Assembly: GCA_964016885.1 (NCBI GenBank)
Contig: OZ024759.1
Span: 20,460,001 to 20,524,000, forward strand
Length of the DNA stretch: 64,000 bases
Source of the DNA: Eledone cirrhosa
Lineage: Eukaryota
Direction: 5' to 3'
Position numbers and translations under genes: made by a program. Positions 25,933-39,837 of this stretch are shown piece after piece (the stretch's first letter is position 1; each line of letters begins with the position of its first letter). The notes under the pieces are model-generated. The model ran no database searches, was not told the DNA's origin, and saw nothing but the letters and a program-made list of their open reading frames with translations.

Positions 25933-26331
25933 TTAATAAAGGGTTCTGGTTGAGGCACAAAGCCAACAATTTTAAGGAAAGGGGAAAGTCGATCAAATTG
26001 ACCCCAGTGTATTACTGGCACTTTCGTTTTATCAATCTTATAAGTTTACTAAATCACTCAGCAATACTTGATTATTAAAAAAAAATTGTTTGAAAATAGT
26101 AAGCTGTGTCTTTCATTAAAGGTATAGTAAAAAGAGTTAAAGGCATAGAGCATGACATTACAACAACTACAACAACAACTACAATAACAAAGGTTTTTCA
26201 CATAAGGAAGTGAAGAAAAATTCAGCGAAGCAGAAAGGAGGTGAGATTAATGGTAAATGGGAAACATGTGGAAGATTCTGTGTAATATATATGTGTGGGG
26301 GTGTGTATGTATGTATGTATGTATGTATATG

Positions 26332-26370
<39 letters not shown>

Positions 26371-26597
26371 ATCTGTGTGGGTGTGTATATGTGTCTGTGT
26401 GTATATGTGTATATGTATGTATGTATGTATATATATGTATATATATGTGTGTGTGTGTGTGTCTGTGTGGGTGTGTATATGTGTATGTGTGTATATGTAT
26501 GTATGTATGTATATATATATATGTATATATATATGTGTGTGTGTGTGTGTCTGTGTGGGTGTGTATATGTGTCTGTGTATATGTGTGTGTGTATATA

Positions 26598-26628
<31 letters not shown>

Positions 26629-27114
26629 GTGTGTTTGCATATATGCATATATATATATATATATATGTGCACACATATATTTGTATATATGTGTGCTGTG
26701 TATATATACAGCACTAAGAGATCACAGAAGATCACAAGAGAAATTTAGAGGAGGGAATTAGTTGTCAAGAAAAGGAATCTTTACAGATTGGATTACCAGA
26801 AGTACATTTCTGGCAGTTGTGGTGCCAAATTCTAGGTGAATAGTGTGAGAGGCAATGTGGAATATATACACATATACATACATAGATATATACACACACA
26901 CACACACACACACATTATATATATATTTATAAGTGTTAGTGTAATAAATAACTGTATGCTAAAACTTGCTCCTTGGATTGAGTGCTGTCCAAACTTTTGA
27001 TATTTATTTTTTTACCAAACTACACTATATATATATATCATCATCATCATCATCACCATTTTACGTCCGCTTTTCCCTGCTTGCAAGGGTATATATATAT
27101 ATATATATATATAG

Positions 27115-27357
27115 GATATATTGTTTCCTTGAGCAAGACACTTTATTTCACATTGCTCCAGTTTACTCAGCTGTAGAAATGAGATGATAGAGACTGGGGT
27201 CCCTATCATTCCACTGCAAAGTGGTCGTGGAGGTGCCACGGCAAAAAGCACCCAGCACTCACTGTAAATGAGGTTGGTGTTAGGAAGGGCATCCAGCTGT
27301 ATAAATCAAGCCAGAATCAGTTCCCGTCCCACCCTTGCAAGCAGGGAAAAGTTGATG

Positions 27358-27358
<1 letters not shown>
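27115..27358 (+). mobile_element. SINE family A, 5'-truncated
   Basis: CORE-like domain through CCCGTCCCACCCTTGCAAGCAGGGAAAA. An opposite-strand tail-only copy lies at 27037-27090. Confidence 0.85.
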
Positions 27359-27399
<41 letters not shown>

Positions 27400-27544
27400 T
27401 CTCTTTCTCTATCGCTCTTTCTCTTTGCATATATATATATATATATATATGTATTATTAATCATCATTATTTAACATCCACTTTCCCTGCTAGTGCAATT
27501 CTCCAACTTTTGCTAACAGGGTAAATGGATTTTAAATGATGATG

Positions 27545-27592
<48 letters not shown>

Positions 27593-27594
<2 letters not shown>

Positions 27595-27708
27595 GGGAGG
27601 TACAAAAGTCATGTGCCAGTAAAATAACTTTGCTACAATATCTTCATATTTTTTATATAAGCTGGTTTTCTCCTGATTAGTTTAGTGCGTGACTTCTGCA
27701 CCGCCCTG
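27593..27708. mobile_element. Tc1/mariner-like MITE
   Basis: TIR CAGGGAGGTACAAAAGTCATG versus CGTGACTTCTGCACCGCCCTG, followed by TA. Confidence 0.65.
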
Positions 27709-28151
27709 TACATATATATGTGTGTATCAGTACAAAGTTGAAATAACCAAATGCATATCTAACTATACAGCAAATATTCATTATTCGAAAAGGTTAGTAC
27801 CCATAGAAAACGACAGGGTTTATAGTAACAAAAATGATTTATTTTAATAAATTCTTGATTACAACATTCCATATAAAGTTACTTGAATTCTAATTTTCCT
27901 TATTCTTCTCCCTCTTCATGCCAGCCATTGCTGTATTGCATTTTATATCCATTTAAATCAAAGATAATAATTTCTTTCTATATTTTTTAATGATTATCAA
28001 ACATATATTCACTGAGATACAATGATTTTGTTCTAATTATCTATCTATTAATCTGTCTTCAAACTAGTGTTGGGATTTAGCTAACAGAACACACACATGC
28101 TTTTTCTCCCCCAAACTTATCTTTCTATTTCATCTTTTAATTCTCATTCTA

Positions 28152-28188
28152 TCTTCTGATGAAGGACCAGTGTCTGAAATGCGAAGAC
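28152..28188 (+). ncRNA. Degenerate minimal hammerhead-like motif (Penelope pLTR type)
   Basis: TCTT-CTGATGA-A-GGAC(CAGT)GTCT-GAAA-TGCG-AAGA. The cleavage-site U is missing. Confidence 0.45.
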
Positions 28189-28534
28189 CCTGTCCCTACT
28201 AGATCAAGTGTTAAACTAATGTATTTCTTCATTGTACTGTGTTGTTTGCTTTGTTGTTTCTATATGCTTTTTACACATACACACACACACATATATTACT
28301 AGTACAGATTAAAATCTAAGCTAAGAATTGCTGCTTTCACCCTTTTACGGGATCTTAAAAGGGTGAAAGCAGGGAATTTTTGCTTAAACTTTAATCTGTA
28401 CTAATAATAAATGTTTGCTTTACAGGTTTTATATATATATATATATATATTCAGGGTTCAGATCTAGCTGTCGAAACAGCCAGAGCTATCAGGGTCCTGA
28501 ATCTTTTCTTATATATATATATATATATATATGA

Positions 28535-28570
<36 letters not shown>

Positions 28571-28654
28571 TTTCTATCCTTATCAAGCCCTATCGGATTT
28601 TGGTCTTCATAATTATTATTACTATATATATATAAATATATATATATATATAAC

Positions 28655-28957
28655 TGTGTCTGAGAGGGATAGAATGTAGTGTACGGGAGAGGAGACTGAG
28701 GTGGTATGGACATGTGATGCGCATGGAGGATGACCGATGGGTGAAGAAGTGCCAGGAAATGCCAGTTGAAGGAAGACGTGGTAGAGGTAGACCACGAAAA
28801 ACATGGGCGGAGGTGGTGAGAACAGACCTCAGATCATTGAAGCTCACGGTGGAGATGACGAGGGACCGTGACGAGTGGAGAGATGCTGTGCTGAATAAGA
28901 CCCGTCCCACCCTTGCAAGCAGGGAAAAACGGACGTAAAATGATGATGATGATGATG
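28655..28957 (+). mobile_element. RTE LINE 3' end of a third subfamily, with almost no 3'UTR
   Basis: Encodes RERRLRWYGHVMRMEDDRWVKKC..EGRRGRGRPRKTWAEVVRTDL...[13 protein letters not shown], followed by (GAT)n. Confidence 0.9.
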
Positions 28958-29659
28958 TATAGATAGATATCTTTCAGACCCAGTGATAGGGTCAATTATA
29001 CTTACCAAAGGATCTATTTTGAAACAACATATTTTAGCCAGAGGTTGGATTAATTATTAAGTAAAATAACCCCATGCTAAGAGTACCAAGGGAAGAGGTT
29101 AACCATTTCATTCAAATTAAATATATTTGCAGTTCTGAAAGCTTTATATATAATCTTTTAATTGCTTAGGGCATTAAAAAGAACTTAATACAGCTTATAA
29201 TTACACCTGGATGCCCTTCCTGGCGCCAACCCTTTTATTTACTTCATGCTACACATAGAGATAAGGTACACCTATTTCTAAACCGGATCAGGATGTACAC
29301 AGTTTATATGGATATATATATATATATACACACATGAATATATGTGTATATATAAATAATGAAAGATATAGATGTGTCTAAATTATAATCAAACCTCACA
29401 TAGCAAAAATGAAAACCACATGTCGAAGTTGATTTGGTGGAAGTGAAGATATCTTCCAGTTTAAATGATACCACATGTTTTGTTTGTGTGTGTGTGTAGG
29501 TTTGTGTGTGTGTGTGAGATTGTACAAGCATATCATTACCATCACCCTACTTTCCATGTGTGCGTATAAGTGTGCTTTGTGTATATCTGTATGTGTGAAA
29601 ACATATATATATAATTGTATGTGTGTGTGTAAATACATAAACCTGTTTATACATGAGTA

Positions 29660-29663
29660 AGTT

Positions 29664-29702
<39 letters not shown>

Positions 29703-29752
29703 GCACACACATATATACACACATATACAAATATTTATACACACACACATGC

Positions 29753-29783
<31 letters not shown>

Positions 29784-30006
29784 CATATATATAAACACAT
29801 TTAAATTTGTTTGTATGTGTGTGTGTATATATATATATATACGCACACATATATATACACACATATACAAATATTTATACACACATACATATATATATGC
29901 ACACACATATATAAACACATTTAAATTTGTTTGTATGTGTGTGTGTATATATATACGCACACATATATATACACACATATACAAATATTTATACACACAC
30001 ACATGC

Positions 30007-30039
<33 letters not shown>

Positions 30040-30071
30040 CATATATATAAACACATTTAAATTTGTTTGTA

Positions 30072-30112
<41 letters not shown>

Positions 30113-30497
30113 ACGCACACACATATATACACACATATACAAATATTTATACACACACACATACATATATATATATATGCACACACATATATATAAACAC
30201 ATTTAAATTTGTTTGTATGTGTGTGTGTATATATATACGCACACATATATATACACACATATACAAATATTTATACACACACACAAGCATATATATATAT
30301 ATGCACACACATATATATAAACACATTTAAATTTGTTTGTATGTGTGTGTATATATATATATATATATTCCCGCTACACAATCGACCTCTTGATCTGAAA
30401 CCAATCAATAAATACACCAATTTCTCACAAGTCTGGGAGTGACTGCAAATGTCAGGCACTCTGACCATCTTCTGAAAAAAATTAATAACTATATACA

Positions 30498-30545
<48 letters not shown>

Positions 30546-30614
30546 ATGCATGTATATATGGATGCATGCATAGATACATAAATATGTATATACACACACA
30601 TAGAAATATAAACC

Positions 30615-30662
<48 letters not shown>

Positions 30663-30830
30663 CACGTATATATGGATGCATGCATAGATACATAAATATG
30701 TATATACACACACATAGAAATATAAACCTGTGTGTGTGTATATATATATATATATGTGTGTGTGCACGTATATATGCATGCATGCATAGATACATAAATA
30801 TGTATATACACACACATAGAAATATAAACC

Positions 30831-30869
<39 letters not shown>

Positions 30870-30937
30870 GTGCACGTATATATGCATGCATGCATAGATA
30901 CATAAATATGTATATACACACACATAGAAATATAAAC

Positions 30938-30960
<23 letters not shown>
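29660..30960. repeat. Two arrays of microsatellite-derived tandem units of about 110-145 bp
   Basis: ACATTTAAATTTGTTTG occurs five times (29797-30340). GCATGCATAGATACATAAATATG...AGAAATATAAAC occurs four times (30540-30940). Confidence 0.9.
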
Positions 30961-30979
<19 letters not shown>

Positions 30980-31309
30980 ATCCTAATGAATATATATGTG
31001 TGTGTGTGTGTACATAAACACTTATTCATGTATGTGTATATCTTAACATATGTGGGATGGGTGTGTGTGTGTGTATTTGAAGGAATAACACATACGTTAG
31101 TGTGTATATATATATATATATGTATACACACACATATATATATATACATACACACATATATATACACACACACACATATGGTTTCTGCACATTCACAAAC
31201 ACACAAAGACACACTTAGATAATAATAATCTTTCATACTTGTAAATGCAACGTGTAAAAGTTTATGCATGCATGTGATATCATGAGAAGAGCTTTAGGTA
31301 AGAATGTTA

Positions 31310-31815
31310 GAATAGCAGAATGGTGAATTGATAGAATGGCTGTGTGGCAGAGTGGTGGATTGATGGAATGGGGCTGTGTGGCAGAGTGGTGGATTGATGG
31401 AATGGGGCTGTGTGGCAGAGTGGTGGAATGATGGGATGGTGGAATGGCTGTGTGGCAGAGTGGTGGAATGATGGGATGGTGGAATGGCTGTGTGGCAGAG
31501 TGGTGGAATGATGGGATGGTGGAATGGCTGTGTGGCAGAGTGGTGGAATGGCTGTGTGGAAGAGGGGTGGAATGGTGGAATGGCTGTGTGGCAGAGGGGT
31601 GGAATGGTGGAATGGCTGTGTGGCAGAGGGGTGGAATGGTGGAATGGCTGTGTGGCAGAGGGGTGGAATGACGGGATGGTGGAATGATAGAATGGTGGAA
31701 TGGCTGTGTGGCAGAGTGGTGGAATGGCAGAATGGCTGTGTGGCAGAGTTGTTGAATGACAGGATAGTGGATTGGTAGAATGATAGAATGATAGAATAAT
31801 AGAATAATGGTGGAA
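31310..31815. repeat. GGAAT-based minisatellite (GGAATGGCTGTGTGGCAGAGTGGT...)
   Basis: Variable-length units, up to 40 bp. Confidence 0.93.
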
Positions 31816-32319
31816 TAGAGGAAAGCAGAAAATAATTTGCTTCAGATGTCAAAGAAATGCACAAGTAAACGTTAGACATGTTTGTTAGGTTATCTGAGGT
31901 TCATCAGCACACTTATATACACTTACACATACTGTTACACACACATTTACATATACACACAGTTACATACTCAGTTACACATACACACTTATATATACAT
32001 GTAGATACACGCTCACACACACACTTATGCTCATACACTCACACACAGAGACAGTTGCATACTCTGTCTCTCACACACACAGAGTTATGCACACATTCAC
32101 ACATTCACTCATGGATATATACACACACACACACACGTACACACTCTCATTCACTCACACAGACACGTACACACTCACTCACACACACTCATTCACTCAC
32201 ACACACGTACACACTCACTCACTCGCACACACACTCGTACACACTCTCTCACACACACACACTCTCATAGAAGTTGAAGAGCCGTTCCTTTGTAGGCTGT
32301 TACTATTCCAACCATATTA

Positions 32320-33140
32320 CCAGCATTACCATATTTTCAATAAAAAAACATTGACTATGGTTTTCAAATTATTTTGAAAATAACCAAGAATTTAAAGAGA
32401 TTTCGAAATATAATTTACCTTATTATTCAGTTGCTGTTTGGAACATAACTTAACAAAGGTTCTTATATAAAATTATGATAAGTTTTTAAATATATATTTC
32501 CAATGAAAGACAGTCTATGGTTTTCAAATTATTTTGAAAATAACCAAGAATTTAGAGAGATTTCAAAATATAATTTACCTTATTATTCAGTTGCTGTTTG
32601 GAATATAACTTAAGGAATGTTTTTGCATAAAATTATGATGAAACACTTTAACCTTTTCCTTACCATATTTCTAATGGAAGACATTGTCTATGATTTTGAA
32701 GTCATTTTGAAAATAATCAAAAATTTAGAGTGCTTTAGTGATATAAGTATCTCATTATTAAATTGGTGTTTGGAACATAACTTAAGGAAGGTTCTTACAT
32801 AAAATCAGGATACGTCTTTAGATATATATATTTCCAATGAAAGACATTGCCTATAGTTTTCAAATAATTTTGAAAACAATGAAGAATTATTCAGTTGGTG
32901 TTTGGAACATAACTTAAGGAAGGTTGTTACATAAAATTATGATGAAAGGTTTATAGATAGCTATAACGACTTTAACCCACTCATTACCATATTTCCAATG
33001 AATGAAACTACCTATGATTTTCATATGATTTTGAAAGCAATCGAGTATATGCAGGTGTTTAGTAATACATATGATTAAACTGGTGTTCGGATCATAACTG
33101 AAGGAAGGTTCTCCCATAAAATTATGATAGATGGTCTTTA
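32320..33140 (+). repeat. Degenerate AT-rich tandem repeat of about 160 bp
   Basis: TTTC.AAATATAATTTACCTTATTATTCAGTTGCTGTTTGGAA at 32401 and 32561, with more diverged units beyond. Confidence 0.8.
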
Positions 33141-33146
33141 GATAAA

Positions 33147-33278
33147 TGCTAGAGAACCCGAGACGCATAGGGTCACGTTCACTACAAAATATTTAAAAAA
33201 AAACATGTTCACTTAAAAATAATTTTAAATAATTAAAATATACACAGACATATAATGTGAAATGAAACTGGAAGGCCC

Positions 33279-33368
<90 letters not shown>

Positions 33369-33630
33369 GAAAATAGAGAAATTAATGTGAGCAAGAAGCC
33401 AACAGTATTTCATAATATATAAGTGACTATAACGTCAAAATGGAAAATAGTTAACGTAAGATATGGGAAAATAATTCAAACTCAATTAAAAAAAAATCAA
33501 GACAGAAATTTTATCCACAGATTTTGTGAAATCCAGGAAAAAAAACCAATAGATTCTTAACTCAGAATAAAATAATATATATATATATGTGTGTTTGTAT
33601 ACATGTATATACACCAGTCATAGACACAAG

Positions 33631-33693
<63 letters not shown>

Positions 33694-34010
33694 TCACATA
33701 TATATCTATACACACCACCACCACCCTCTTCCATTCTCCTCTGTCTCCTCTCCCTCTCTCTGTCTCTCTTTCAATCTGCTCTCTCACAACCACTATCTCT
33801 TTCTCTCTCTCTGTTTATGAAGGTACCCAGATAAACCCCATATCTCCGGAATGCGTGCTTTGATTTACATGAAACTTGTTTTATTCCATTTGTATTCCCA
33901 TTTCAGGGGCAACTTCCTTTCAACGTATTTTCCCATTATGCGCCCTTTTGGCTGTATTACATCACAGACAAGCAAGCAAGCAGTCACAAAGTTTTAGTAG
34001 TATATAGATA
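33147..34010 (+). mobile_element. Possible non-autonomous Helitron-like element interrupted by microsatellites
   Basis: Starts TGCTAGAGAACCCG and ends CACAGACAAGCAAGCAAGCAGTCAC...TTTTAGTAGTATATAGA, like invertebrate Helitron-type short repeats. Confidence 0.35.
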
Positions 34011-35826
34011 TACACTTTAAAATAAAGATCTTTGTATTGTAGAACTGTGCAGAGTTTCAGGGTTGTTGATATCAAAATGTAATGTTTGTTTATGTTTGGA
34101 GTATAACTTAACAAAGGTTCTTATATAGAGATATGATGGAAGGTTCTTCTGTTTTTAGAAAAATATAAACACTTGAATGTAAACAGATTTTCTGTGATAG
34201 AATCAGAGATGATAGAGGTCTCAGGTGGTTTGATATCAAATAGATGTTAATGCTTGGAGCATAGCTTAACAACAGTTCTTATATAGAATTATAATCAAAG
34301 AGACTTTGTTTTCTATCTTGATATAAATGTAATAAAAAGATCAACAGATTAAAATAAATGAGGAAATGGTCTGTTTTGCAAGATTCTTGTTGTAAAATCA
34401 TGTCGAATCAGATATTTTGGAAGGGCCATGTACATATAGTTTGTAACTCCCGAGGGAGTCGTAGGGACGCTGTATGTCGACTTGCAGCATTTCTAGGCCA
34501 GTTTTTTTTTAAACCCAGGTGGAGCCCATCTCCTGTCCAGGGCTGAATACAGCAGATTTCTTCCAGAGAAGAATAGAGAGAGTGACATAAAATGGAAGTG
34601 AGAAAGAGATATAGAGGAAAAACCAGCTCCAGTATTAGTCTGGTACTTTTTTTTTTATCTACCTCAAAAATCTGCTATCCAACATTCTAACGACTTTGCC
34701 AATTTGCCACCTATGTTAATTTATTGTATGTTTCCTATTGGGGAAAATCGACTAATTTTTAAATTGCATTTGTGATAATATTTTACACGTTTTTATTGTA
34801 TGTAAACTTCCCCCTTTGTATTTGTCCCCTTCTTTTGTGCCCCTGTGGCTGATAAAGAAACATATCTATCTATATAGATATATATTTTTATATATATATA
34901 TACTTGTGTGTATATATATATATATATATACATACACGTGTGTGTGTGTATATGTATATCTATGTCTATCTATATAGATATATATTTATATATATACACA
35001 TAAACGAAAAATGCGTGAATGTGTATATAAACAAACATTACGCACACACACACATACTCACATATACCTTCATGCATAAACTTACATACACACATCCACA
35101 CCTACATACACACCTACATACACACATACATATACACATATATACCTACATACACACATATATAACCTACATACAAATACATACCTACATACATATACAC
35201 ACACACACATATACACACATACACACCTACATACACACATACATACTACATACAAATACATACCTACATACATATACACATATATATACACAAACACACA
35301 TATATACCTACATACGCACATGCATACTACATACAGATACATACCTACATACATACACACACCTATATACACCTACATACACACATATACACACATATAT
35401 ACACCTACATACACACATATACACATATATACACACATACACACACCTATATACACCTACATACACACATATACACACACATATATACACCTACATACAC
35501 ACATATACACATATATACACACATACACACACCTATATACACATATACACACACATATATACACCTACATACACACATATACACATATATACACACATAT
35601 ACACATATATACACACATACACACATACATACATAAATGATGGGTGAAAGCAATTTTATGGCCGTAACTCTGAACAAAGAGAATTTATTAGAAAAGTTTT
35701 TCAAGAAGTAAATACTGTCTCTAGACATATCAAGAATCAAAGGATTGCATGCCTGGTGGCTGTCTATCACATTAGACTAAAATATATACAGCTACACACA
35801 CATGCATATATATATGAACATACATG

Positions 35827-35862
<36 letters not shown>

Positions 35863-36236
35863 CACATACATGCACAGATGTAATGTGTATGAGTGTATAT
35901 ATACATACACATACATGCACACATGTAATTAGCATGAATGTATATTTGTCTATATATCTATGTCTATATGTTCATATATATATATGTCTATATATTTGTA
36001 TATATATATATGTGTGTATATATATATATGTGTGTGTATGTGTGTATGCCTATATATTTATGTATATATATTCATATATATATATATATATATATGAATT
36101 TGTGTGTACATATATGTATATATTTATGTATATATATTATACATACATGAGCATGCCCCCTATCTCTCTCTCTCTCTCTCTCCCTCTTTCTCTCCCTCTT
36201 TCTCCCTCTCGCCCCCCCCCTCTCTCTCTCTTTCTC

Positions 36237-36284
<48 letters not shown>

Positions 36285-36436
36285 ATGTGTATATATATAT
36301 ATATAATGTGTAATATATATATAATGTGTATATATATATATATAATGTGTATATATATATAATGTGTATATATATATATATATATAATGTGTATATATAT
36401 ATATATATATAATGTGTATATATATGTGTATATATC

Positions 36437-36475
<39 letters not shown>

Positions 36476-36959
36476 GTGTATATAAATATATACATATATA
36501 TATATACATATATATACATATATATATATATGTATATATATACACATACATATATATGATAGAAATAATATTATGCTGCTTTCTCCATATAAGTTATCAT
36601 TAAGTACCTCTGTTGGCATTTCAATATGTGTTTTGAAGGATTTGATAAATTGTCTTGAATGGACGTTACACATAATTGTTGGTTAAAAGCCATGAATTTT
36701 GTTGTAATGGTAGAGTTGTGATGGTAGATGGTAGCTACTTACTGGTGGTGTAGTCAACATACCACCAACTGACCCACCGACTGGACTACAGACAGACAAA
36801 CTGACCGACAGACCGACACACTGACTGAACAGCTAAGAGGGTTGCATCACTGTAAGGCTGCCACCACCACCACCACCACCATCATCATCAGTATTATTAT
36901 CATCATCATCATCATCAGTATTATCATCATCATCATCATAACCACCATCATTCTTATTG

Positions 36960-37320
36960 CATAACCACTATCGTCACCATCACCACCATTACCACCATCA
37001 ACGCCACCACAACCACCATCACCAGCATAACCACTATCAACGCCACCACAACCACCATCAACGCCACCACAACCACCATCACCAGCATAACCACTATCAA
37101 CGCCACCACAACCACCATCAACGCCACCACAACCACCATCACCAGCATAACCACTATCAACGCCACCACAACCACCATCAACGCCACCACAACCACCATC
37201 ACCAGCATAACCACTATCAACGCCACCACAACCACCATCAACGCCACCACAACCACCATCAACGCCACCACAACCACCATCACCAGCATAACCACTATCA
37301 ACGCCACCACCACCACAACC
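36960..37320. repeat. 60-bp higher-order unit built from CAC/CAT triplets
   Basis: ACCAGCATAACCACTATCAACGCCACCACAACCACCATCAACGCCACCACAACCACCATC is identical at 37021, 37081, 37141 and 37201. Confidence 0.95.
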
Positions 37321-37543
37321 ATCACCACCACAACCACCATCACCACCACAACCACCATCACTAGCTTAACCACCATCACCAGCTTAACCATCATCACCAC
37401 AAGCACCATCACCACAAGCACCATCACCACCACCACCACCACCACCACCACAACCACCACCAGCAGCAGCAGCAGCAACAGCATCAACGAATTTACAATG
37501 TTTATGGAGGTACTGATGCCATAGCTGATCATAACAACAAAGA

Positions 37544-37575
<32 letters not shown>

Positions 37576-37609
37576 ATAATAATAATAATAATAACAACGA
37601 TGATGTTAA

Positions 37610-38008
37610 TAATGCTTTCTTTATTAACCACAAGGGTTTACACAAAGTGGACATTAAGGACAGTACAGGACGGTACAAATGGGCATTGCTGTGTGTAAAA
37701 AAACACACAAAAAAACAGGATGTAATAAAAAGATTAAAGAATTTCCCCAATAGGGGGGCGGGGGGAGACTTCCGAGGGCCATTCGTGGAGAAAGCCCATT
37801 AAAAAAAGCCACAGTGACCCTGACCACCAGGGCAAGTGTCCTCTCCCAGTTTCCCACCTTTAATTTACAGACACATACTCAGAGTAGGTCCATTCACTCG
37901 GGCCATACTTGCCTCTCTCACTCATCTTTCAACAAAAAGCTGGGAAGAGAGCACCTCCCTCTCTGGGAAGAGAGCACTTCCCTCTCTACCCTGATTTTCC
38001 TTTTCAAA
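37610..38008 (-). mobile_element. LINE 3' end (L1/Tx1-like) with 3'UTR
   Basis: Minus-strand peptide LKRKIRVEREVLS...FVER*...NGPTLSMCL*, then a T-rich UTR with AATAAA. The homolog is at 53205-53828. Confidence 0.55.
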
Positions 38009-39007
38009 CGATGATGTTAATAATATAAGTTCGTTTAATAGAAATAATAATCATATGATGATGATGATGATGATGATGATGATGTTGTTTAGGCTCGCAA
38101 GGAGAATGGATATTAAAAATGGTGATAGATGATAATGATAATGATGTATATAATGATGATGATGGTGATGATGAATATAATGATAGTAATGATAAACAAC
38201 AGTGATGGCGGCGGTGATGATGGTGAATATAATGATGTATATAATGATGATGGTGAATATAATGATGTATATAATGATGATGATGGTGAATATAATGATG
38301 TATATAATGAGGATGATGATGATGAATATAATGATAGTAATGATAAACAAATATGATGACGGTGATGATGATGATGATGATGTATATGATGATGATGATG
38401 GTGGTGGTGAATATGATAGTAATGATAAACAACAACAATGGTGGTGGTGGTGCTGGTGATGGTGATAATAATAATGTATATAATGAGAGAGATAATAAAT
38501 ATTGTGATGCAACTTTGCTGTCAAAACCTTATAATCAAAGAGGTAAATAATGATGGCTTCTCGCATATTTTGTGAGCAGCCATCTTGTGTGTGTAAATGC
38601 GTGTGTGCGTGTGTACATGTGTGTGTGTGTGTGTGAATGTGTAGATGTTCATATATGTATATATGTATATATATATTCACATACATGTGCATATGTGCGT
38701 ATATATATATATATACTCACACACACACTTACACACACACAAGTATAATTACATATATATATACGCATACATACCATATATATCTATCTATCTATATATA
38801 TATATATATGTGTGTGTGTATATGTATATATATATATATATATATGCCCACACATGTATATGAATACATACACACACTCGTATACCCATACACACTATAT
38901 ATATATATATATAGATATATATACACAAGCCACACGTGTATAAATACATACACACACTTGTATACCCATACACACCATATACATATATATAGATATATAT
39001 ATATATA

Positions 39008-39051
<44 letters not shown>

Positions 39052-39439
39052 ATATATAGATATACATGCCAACGCATGTATGACTACATGTCTTTTGATC
39101 AACAACACAAGCTACAGTTATATATTATTGATTGTCTAAAACTGTATAATAAAGTTTGTGTAATCTCTATTATAGCTTCATTACCTATATCTATACTAGT
39201 ACATTACCTGTTGCTTTCTGCCATTGGCTGACATACTTCCAATAGAGCAGATCTGTAAGTAGGCTTTTGTAATTGGACTTCAAAACATTCTAAGGGGACA
39301 CTCTAATTTACAATAACTCCAAGGCAGAGTTTTGGAATACCTCGGGATATGGAAGCTTTGTGCATCCATCCCATGCCTCCCCTATACCTCCTTTCTACTT
39401 CCGCCCACACCACCCTTACTCTATAAAGTTATGTTAGTA

Positions 39440-39675
39440 CCACAAAACATCCAGCCCACACTGTAAAGTGGTTTTGTAGGTGTCACAACAAAAAGCACCC
39501 AGCACACTCTGTCAATGTGGTTGGCGTTGGGAAGACCATCCAACCATAGAAAACCAGCCAGAAACAGTCCAATATTAGCGAGACATGGTCAGCCAACCCA
39601 TCTTGCCACTAAATGGAACAAACACGTCTAACCCATGCTAGCGTGGAAGGTAGACGTTAAATGATAATGATGATA
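39440..39675 (+). mobile_element. RTE-type 3'UTR fragment
   Basis: CAGCCCACACTGTAAAG...GGTTGGCGTTGGGAAGACCATCC...CGTCTAACCCATGCTAGCGTGGAAGGTAGACGTTAAATGAT. Confidence 0.75.
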
Positions 39676-39837
39676 GTATATGCATAAGTTGCAACAACAC
39701 TAGTGCCGTCGTCTTTCCCTTGGACATCAACATATATAGAAATCATGGTGCAGCAAAGAAGAAGAGAGACATGGAATGTATGCTTGTATGAGAGGGTTTC
39801 AGACCTTTTGTGGGAGATATCTACCAGGATGCCATAG

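Larger units (their letters stand above)
23880..26140 (-). repeat. Degenerate AT-rich tandem repeat family (about 160-bp unit) hosting several MITEs
   Basis: TATGTTCCAAACACCAGCTTAATAATGAGAAAG...CAAATTCTTGATTATTTTCAAAATTATTTGAAAA recurs. It is the reverse complement of the family at 32320-33140. Confidence 0.7.
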
